Below, in pieces: positions 58,274 to 64,000 of a stretch of 64,000 bases of DNA (within the stretch, counting starts at the first letter, position 1; each line of letters begins with the position of its first letter). The stretch covers positions 1,570-65,569 of the forward strand of contig PBPL01000023.1 of the NCBI GenBank assembly GCA_002724675.1. Reading direction: 5' to 3'. Under the pieces are notes generated by a model. The model was not told the origin of the DNA. It was given only the letters and a program-made list of their open reading frames with translations, and searched no databases. The translations under genes were made by a program, and so were the position numbers. This DNA comes from Deltaproteobacteria bacterium (GTDB lineage Bacteria; Myxococcota_A; UBA796; UBA9615).

Positions 58274-59860
58274 TCAGTAAGGACTCTCTTTGTACCGTCC
58301 GTCCGCAGGATCCTGCGGACCGGGGGGGACTGCGGGTTCTGGCTCGCCTTTCCCCACCTCCGGTGGCGGGCCCTCCGGAGAGGCCTCGGTCTCCGGACCC
58401 GGTGGCGAAGCAGCGGTCGCACCTGCTGCCGGTCCACTGGGAGCCGAAGAGGACTCGGAGCTGCCCTCAACTCTCACCTTCTCTGCAGGAGGCACCGCGG
58501 CAGGCTGTCCCTCTACCAACGGACGAGAGTCTGGAGTCGCCGATGCGGGTTGGGGGACAGCAGGATCCATCGGGAGAACGACAGGCTCCTCAACGGTCAG
58601 AGGCTCTGGCGGCGTCGAGACCACCGGCATCGTGGACTCGGCCGGCACAGGAGGCGAGGGAGCTCGGTTGATGATCAAGTAGATGGCTGCAACGGCAACG
58701 CCCAGAGCAACCGCCGCGAACGCTGCAACCAGAAGGACTGGGCCCGCCGTGCGATCCCCGCCCTTAGCCCGGGGCTTCAAGCGCGCAATGGTCGTGGAGT
58801 CGCTTGGCTGAGATCCACTAGAGACGTCTGACCCGGCAACAACCTGCCCACCGGACTCCAGCTGCTGCTCATCGGTATCCAGCCCCCGGGGTCCCGATGG
58901 ATCCTGGCTACTGGTAGGAAGCACCGGAGCTCCGCCCCCCTGCAGGCGCTCGAAGGCCACAAGGAACTCATCCATAGACTGGAACCGAGCATCGGGGCTC
59001 TTCTCCAAGGCCCTAGAGACAATCCACTCCAGCTCGGGAGATGTCGAACACTTGGGGTTGGCCACGAACATCGGCTGGGGAGTCTCGTGCATGTGGGCCG
59101 ACAGCACCTCCATCGGCGCTCCACCAAACGGAGGCTCGCCGGTCACCATGGTGTAGATCAGGATGCCGGTGGAGTAGATGTCCGCCCGTTGGTCGACGCT
59201 GACCTTTCGGTCCAGAGCTTCGGGAAACGTGTACTTAGGGGACCCCAGGAACGTCCCGTCTAGAGTGAGCTCCGAGTCTTCATCAGAGAACTTCACCAAT
59301 CCAAAGTCCAAGACCTTCACAAAGTCGTCATCGTTGTCCCGGCGGGTCAACAAGACGTTCGCGGGCTTCAGATCCCGGTGGATCATTCCGGCAGCGTGCG
59401 CATCTCTCAGGCTTCGACAGATCTGCCCAGCCACGTGCAGGGTGCGCTTCATCGAAAAGATGCCGTCCTGAGCGATGGCTGTCCGAAGATCACGACCATC
59501 CACGAACTCCATGACGATGTAGGGGACCTGGTCATCGGTGTGCCCAAAGTCGTGCACTGTGATGGTGTTGGGGTGCTGCAGGCGCGCCACCGCCTCGGCC
59601 TCCTTCAAGAAGCGTGCATCAAAGCTGGGGTCAAGCTCCGAGCTCGTCGGAGGCTTCAACACCTTGATGGCAACCTTGCGTCCCAGGGCCACCTGGGTCG
59701 CAAGGTACACGGCTCCCATACCGCCCCCGCCCAGAGGGCGCTCAATCCGGTACCGACCCGCAAATGTCTCTCCCGCCTGCGGCTGCCGAATGCGAATGCC
59801 ACTGGGACCGAGCACCTCTGGTGCCGTCTGCGTGCTTTCAGGCGTCCCCTCGTCAGCCAT
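58274..59860 (-). CDS. Ser/Thr protein kinase (catalytically intact) with a Pro-rich region, TM and C-terminal domain
   Basis: LGGGGMGAVYLA, VAIKVLK, HRDLKPANVLL, DFGLVK. The start overlaps the radical-SAM gene stop by 8 nt (ATGGCTGA). Confidence 0.9.
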   Translation of the reverse strand: MADEGTPESTQTAPEVLGPSGIRIRQPQAGETFAGRYRIERPLGGGGMGAVYLATQVALGRKVAIKVLKPPTSSELDPSFDARFLKEAEAVARLQHPNTITVHDFGHTDDQVPYIVMEFVDGRDLRTAIAQDGIFSMKRTLHVAGQICRSLRDAHAAGMIHRDLKPANVLLTRRDNDDDFVKVLDFGLVKFSDEDSELTLDGTFLGSPKYTFPEALDRKVSVDQRADIYSTGILIYTMVTGEPPFGGAPMEVLSAHMHETPQPMFVANPKCSTSPELEWIVSRALEKSPDARFQSMDEFLVAFERLQGGGAPVLPTSSQDPSGPRGLDTDEQQLESGGQVVAGSDVSSGSQPSDSTTIARLKPRAKGGDRTAGPVLLVAAFAAVALGVAVAAIYLIINRAPSPPVPAESTMPVVSTPPEPLTVEEPVVLPMDPAVPQPASATPDSRPLVEGQPAAVPPAEKVRVEGSSESSSAPSGPAAGATAASPPGPETEASPEGPPPEVGKGEPEPAVPPGPQDPADGRYKESPY

Positions 59861-61364
59861 GCTGTTCCGCCCGCTCTAGAGTCTCCGCAGCAGCAGACAA
59901 GACACCTGATGCCGAGGATGGTGAGCGTAGCAGCCGAGCAACAGGCAACGTAGACAAGTTGCGACGAGTCGGCTCCGGAAGCATCTGGACCATTCCACGC
60001 CAAACTGGTCGCCGAAGACGACCAATCCAACGGTCCACCAAGTCCCCAGACGGCTCACCCTGACTACGCATCCACGCCACAGCAGCGTCCCTCGCCGCCG
60101 ACGCTCGTGAAGACGCGGGTCGAAGGTCACAGCCCGGTCCGGCGACCAGCTCCCCAGCAACAACCCGCTCCCAGATCTTCTGCAAGAGGGCTCTCGAACC
60201 CGCATCCACGCGGCACGCCTCCACCGCATCAGGGGCGACCAGCTTGACCATTTCCAGGCTGGCCGAGAGATCCTCGGCGGTCTCTCCAGGGAGTCCAACG
60301 AGCATCTGAAGTCCAAAGGTGATCCCTCGATCTCGAAGCCACGGAACAGCCTTGTAGACGTCGCTGGAGCGATGCGGCCACCCCAGGCGTGCAAGCAAGG
60401 CAGCAGAACCCGAACCAGCCGCTAGGTCCACATGAGCAAGCCCAACTTCGGCAAGGGTCTGAACCATTTCCCGTCGGACTAGAGCGGGGTGCGCTTGGGC
60501 CTCGAATGGAATGTCCAGCCGCTGGCTCTTCAGTTCCGCGGCAAACTCTCGGAGCCACACCGTATCGAACAAGAAGATCTCGTCCACGAAGACGAATCGG
60601 TCGAACTCAAAGCGCTTGGAGAGCTCCACCATCTCCCGAACAACGTCCAAGGGCTCTCGACGAACATACGGCTGCCCGAACACCGACTGTGAGCAGAAAC
60701 CGCAGGGGATCGGGCAGCCGCGCCCGGAGCGGATCGCAAGCACACGAGAGCCCCGCACCGCTCGCCAGCTCTCCAGATGGATCCGAGTCTGGACGGGATC
60801 GCGAAGCGGCTGAATCAACGCGAGGTCCGATGACCTTCGGCTTGGTCCTTCGTTGAAGAGCAGGGCGCCCGCTTTGTCCAGATGGTAGAGGCCACAAACT
60901 CGAGCGAACAGAGCCGGATCAATACGATACTGCGCCGCCCGCAATGCGAGGACCAACGACAGGGTTGCCTCCTCCGCACCGTCATCATCAATGGCAGCGT
61001 GGGCTCCACCCTCAAGGTAAGAACGGGGCTGGAGGACCGCATCGGGACCGCCCACCAGGACCACAGCCCCATTGCGCCTACCAGCCGCCACCATGGCCAT
61101 CGCCGCAGAGCGGGTCGCTGGGTGACAGTACAACCAGATGATGCGAGGCCTGCGCCGCGACACTTCCACCTCAAAAGAGGCCGGGTCGAGGCGGAACGTG
61201 GAGTCCCAGAGATCGACACTGCCCCCTCCCGCGCCGTGCACCCACGCTGCCACCTCAGCCGGCCGAAGCGGAGCCAAGGGGTGCATCAAGCGATGGCGGG
61301 CAGGATCCCGACCTACCATGTAGGCGTGGGCAAAGAGCACCTCAGGGGAAGAATCAAGGCTCAT
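59853..61364 (-). CDS. B12-binding-domain radical SAM enzyme
   Basis: N-terminal B12-binding-like region. Radical SAM CxxxCxxC in SGRGCPIPCGFCSQ. ATGA overlap with the upstream membrane-protein gene. Confidence 0.8.
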   Translation of the reverse strand: MSLDSSPEVLFAHAYMVGRDPARHRLMHPLAPLRPAEVAAWVHGAGGGSVDLWDSTFRLDPASFEVEVSRRRPRIIWLYCHPATRSAAMAMVAAGRRNGAVVLVGGPDAVLQPRSYLEGGAHAAIDDDGAEEATLSLVLALRAAQYRIDPALFARVCGLYHLDKAGALLFNEGPSRRSSDLALIQPLRDPVQTRIHLESWRAVRGSRVLAIRSGRGCPIPCGFCSQSVFGQPYVRREPLDVVREMVELSKRFEFDRFVFVDEIFLFDTVWLREFAAELKSQRLDIPFEAQAHPALVRREMVQTLAEVGLAHVDLAAGSGSAALLARLGWPHRSSDVYKAVPWLRDRGITFGLQMLVGLPGETAEDLSASLEMVKLVAPDAVEACRVDAGSRALLQKIWERVVAGELVAGPGCDLRPASSRASAARDAAVAWMRSQGEPSGDLVDRWIGRLRRPVWRGMVQMLPEPTRRNLSTLPVARLLRSPSSASGVLSAAAETLERAEQHG

Positions 61365-63274
61365 GGTGACACTGGCTGTGAGGATGGCTCGACAATCGGG
61401 AGGCTAGGGGTAGAGGGCTCCGCTGAACCCGGAGTGGGGAGAGGCGGAGCCTTGTGGCCCAGGTCTCGCCAAGGAAACGTGGAGGATATTCGCAGCTCAA
61501 ACAAGCCGCAGCGATTCACTCCGTACAGGGTTTCTGACCCGCCGTCGACTACCGCCTGACGAACAGGACTCCCCAAGGCCACTGAGACCTGATGCCAGGG
61601 AACCTCGAGATCGACTCGAGTTGCTCGGCCATCCACCGGAGAGGTCACATAGACAGAGGGGGCGTCGCCAATAGGCAGTGGCCGACCCGGCCAAGTGGGC
61701 ACACGAACGCTGTCCAGCAGATCACCCAAAGCAGCTGAGGCACCCTCGGGAGTGTCCACAAGCACCGGCTCCCTCCCTCCAGGACCCAACGGTCGCCCCC
61801 GCACTTGGAGGTGCCCAGCGGGCCCCCGCCCCACGGCAAACAAAGGCCCTGCCTGTGAGACTCCGGCAGCCCAGGGACCGAGCGGGACCGATGCGAGCGA
61901 CTCCCCAGCCCCGGTCATGACATCCACTCGGGCCAACACCCCCCTCCGATCAACTAGAAAACTCCCGCCCAGTGGCGAGGCCCTCCCCGGCACCTCGCCG
62001 AGCCCCATGCGCTGGACAGGCCCGTCCGACTGAGGACTTACAGCCAGGAGATCCCCCGACAGAGGGCAGGTCAACCACAGCCGGTGGCTTCCAGGCTCAA
62101 CAAAGCCCTCACGACCTCCACAAGAGACATCGAGTGTGCGACTGGCCACGAGGCGGAGCTCTGCCGTGTCCCACCACTCCAGGTGCAATGACGACGGAGA
62201 AGCCACGACCCGAGCAAAGATCCGAGTACCGGTAGGTGGCGACACAAGCCACCCACCCGAAACGTCCAGAGCCCTGGACTCGGACACGACCCCCGCCGGC
62301 GCCATCCGAAGCAGAGTCTGTCCGCCATCGGCCAGCAGGACCAGGAACGGCATGTTGTCGGGGATCACAGCGAGGCTGGACAAGTCGTCGTCCTGAAGCA
62401 GAAATCGAAGGCCCTGCTGATCATCGGCAGCAGAACAATTCCACCGCTCCAGCAACACCGGACGGAGCTGGGCCAGCCCACAAATCGCGACGAGCAAGAG
62501 AGCAGGGCGCAGCGGGGCACGAAGCGAACCAAATAATGAAATCGGCCAAGCGGCCAACAGAGCACCCAGAAAGGCCGCAGAGAGCCAATAGTGCCCAAGC
62601 GTCCCAAAGGTAGACTCCAGTCCCACAGCCACAACCGCACCGACCACCAAAGCGCTCATGTTCGGGCGACTGGCTCGAGCCAGAACGACCGCCAAGGTTG
62701 CGTAGACACCCGCGATGAGAAGTTCGAGAAGCGAGATGGGAATACCAGCCACCACAGTCGCCAGCCGATCCTCCCAGGAGCCAGGCAACACTCCGTCTCC
62801 GAAGGGCTGAGCTCGCATGGCAAGCCCCCAAGCGAGCCACCCCAACAGGAACCAGCTGCGGACTGCCCGCGAAATCTGAGGGTCCATGCGCCGAGACCCC
62901 GAATGGGGGGGAGGGGTGGAAGCGATCTGTACTTGCCAGCGCCTCAGAAGGGCTGCACCCACAGCAATCCATGGAAGCGGACGAGCAGCCGCAGAAGCCG
63001 AGGCCAACAGACTCAGAGCACCCAGGCTCAACAAGAACTCGGCAGACAGGGGGGCCCATCCACGAAGTGCGGCCCGACCGACGCCGAGCCCGTGACTCAT
63101 GGACAGCAACAGCAGCGCGAACCACGCCCAGAGGCCCAGAGACGCCGGTAGGCCGACCAGCACCACACCTGGAATCGCGATTACGTCGAGCCATGGGTTC
63201 GCTACTCCCCCGCCCCAACTCACGAGGACCGGCAGACCCACAAAGGCCGAAACGAACAGAAAAACCAGTTTCAT
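61361..63274 (-). CDS. Large integral membrane protein (~11 TM helices) with a C-terminal periplasmic domain (function unknown; start inferred at MKLVFLF)
   Basis: Hydrophobic N-terminal half. The listed ORF extends to 63433, but its first ~53 codons precede the signal-like MKLVFLFVSAFVGLPVLV. Confidence 0.45.
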   Translation of the reverse strand: MKLVFLFVSAFVGLPVLVSWGGGVANPWLDVIAIPGVVLVGLPASLGLWAWFALLLLSMSHGLGVGRAALRGWAPLSAEFLLSLGALSLLASASAAARPLPWIAVGAALLRRWQVQIASTPPPHSGSRRMDPQISRAVRSWFLLGWLAWGLAMRAQPFGDGVLPGSWEDRLATVVAGIPISLLELLIAGVYATLAVVLARASRPNMSALVVGAVVAVGLESTFGTLGHYWLSAAFLGALLAAWPISLFGSLRAPLRPALLLVAICGLAQLRPVLLERWNCSAADDQQGLRFLLQDDDLSSLAVIPDNMPFLVLLADGGQTLLRMAPAGVVSESRALDVSGGWLVSPPTGTRIFARVVASPSSLHLEWWDTAELRLVASRTLDVSCGGREGFVEPGSHRLWLTCPLSGDLLAVSPQSDGPVQRMGLGEVPGRASPLGGSFLVDRRGVLARVDVMTGAGESLASVPLGPWAAGVSQAGPLFAVGRGPAGHLQVRGRPLGPGGREPVLVDTPEGASAALGDLLDSVRVPTWPGRPLPIGDAPSVYVTSPVDGRATRVDLEVPWHQVSVALGSPVRQAVVDGGSETLYGVNRCGLFELRISSTFPWRDLGHKAPPLPTPGSAEPSTPSLPIVEPSSQPVSP

Positions 63275-63402
63275 GGAACCTGAGCGGAGCATCGGACTCA
63301 TCAAAAAGTCCGGTCCGAACACCATCCGGAAGATCCCATGACTGTCAAAGGAGCGGCAGTCCCGGTATGGTTCTTCCCTCGTTCGAACAGCGACAAATGA
63401 CC

Positions 63403-64000
63403 ATGGCGACAAAGAAGACCAACACGAGCACAAAGGGTACCTCGCCCCAGGGTGAGGCGCACACCAACCCGCCCATCACCACCAGCGGCTCCGTGGCCGG
63501 AGTGGGCAGCGTGCATTCCCTGGATGACACGACACTCATTGTTCAGCCTCCCGAGAGCAATGAACCTGTGTCGGCCGCCGGCCAATCCGATGTGGGTCGG
63601 GTCCGCGAGCTGAACGAAGACAACTGGCACCTCGGCGCCCTCAATGACGACCTCATGCTGTATGCCGTAGCCGATGGCATGGGCGGACACGATCGTGGCG
63701 AGGTCGCCTCGAAGCTCGCTGTACAGACCCTGTTTGAGGCAGCCAGAGAAGGCCTCGAGGACCTCTCCGATACCGAAGTGACTACCCTGCGTTCCCTCCT
63801 CCGCAAGTGTGTCCAGACAGCAAACGAGCGCGTCGTCATCACGGGCATCGAGGAGGAGTCCAACATGGGCACTACACTCTGTGCAGCCCTGATGCACGAG
63901 GAGAGCGATGCGATCATCGCCAACGTTGGAGACTCTCGCGTGTACCTGCTTCGCGAGGGCAAGCTGATCCAGGTCAGCGATGACCACTCGCTCGTGGCCT
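63403..64000 (+). CDS. PP2C-family Ser/Thr protein phosphatase (3' end outside window; absent from the ORF track)
   Basis: The plus frame reads MATKK...GQSDVGRVRELNEDN...YAVADGMGGHDRGEVAS...GTTLCAAL...ANVGDSRVYLL. There is no stop before the window end. Confidence 0.85.
   Translation, partial: MATKKTNTSTKGTSPQGEAHTNPPITTSGSVAGVGSVHSLDDTTLIVQPPESNEPVSAAGQSDVGRVRELNEDNWHLGALNDDLMLYAVADGMGGHDRGEVASKLAVQTLFEAAREGLEDLSDTEVTTLRSLLRKCVQTANERVVITGIEEESNMGTTLCAALMHEESDAIIANVGDSRVYLLREGKLIQVSDDHSLVA

Noticed and set aside
63301-63987. 228-aa and 139-aa minus-strand ORFs
   Set aside because: Antisense to the PP2C phosphatase reading frame that runs off the window.
1-64000. Search for tRNA/rRNA genes, CRISPR repeats, IS elements, integrases and phage genes
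   Set aside because: None found. All intergenic gaps are under 250 bp. There are no tRNA-like T-loop sequences, direct repeat-spacer arrays, or transposase/integrase-like ORFs.

Overview
This is a high-GC (~67%) chromosomal segment that looks like a Myxococcota-type genome. Two proteins end in MYXO-CTERM-like tags, and the window carries many Ser/Thr-kinase-family proteins and a sigma-54 enhancer-binding protein. All family calls below come from motifs read directly off the translations; no database was queried. A 5'-truncated gspD at the window start heads a tightly coupled type II secretion operon, gspD-E-F-G-H-I-J-K-L-M-N (1..12115, + strand), with 4-nt ATGA or adjacent stop/start junctions. 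The rest of the window covers:
- a GT2 glycosyltransferase (minus strand);
- an orn (oligoribonuclease) operon that continues into two translationally coupled pseudokinases;
- a hybrid receiver-PAS-histidine kinase;
- an MltD-like lytic transglycosylase with multiple LysM domains;
- an NtrB/NtrC-like two-component pair (sigma-54 EBP);
- thiE and a pabB-like chorismate-utilising enzyme;
- a molybdenum-cofactor cluster (FdhF-like molybdoenzyme, fdhD, mobB-mobA fusion, moeA), and further on moeZ plus a two-subunit IorAB-like molybdo-aldehyde oxidoreductase;
- a run of cell-envelope genes: a large Omp85-barrel protein, an NlpC/P60 lipoprotein, an NHL-repeat lipoprotein, a MopE-like Cys/Asp-rich repeat protein with a MYXO-CTERM-like tag, and a SAM methyltransferase;
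- a CPBP (CAAX-type) intramembrane protease co-oriented with a kinase-like/AAA+ fusion;
- an SGNH hydrolase carrying a 21-nt tandem repeat and a MYXO-CTERM tag;
- a TonB-dependent receptor;
- a minus-strand operon of membrane protein, B12-binding radical SAM enzyme and an active Ser/Thr kinase, divergent from a PP2C phosphatase that runs off the window end.
I found no rRNA, tRNA, CRISPR array, IS element or prophage. The most interesting regions are: (a) the T2SS operon together with MYXO-CTERM cargo genes and a candidate sorting protease (CPBP); (b) the orn-pseudokinase-pseudokinase operon; (c) the membrane protein / B12-radical-SAM / STK / PP2C module; (d) the Omp85 barrel with an unrecognised N-terminal domain.
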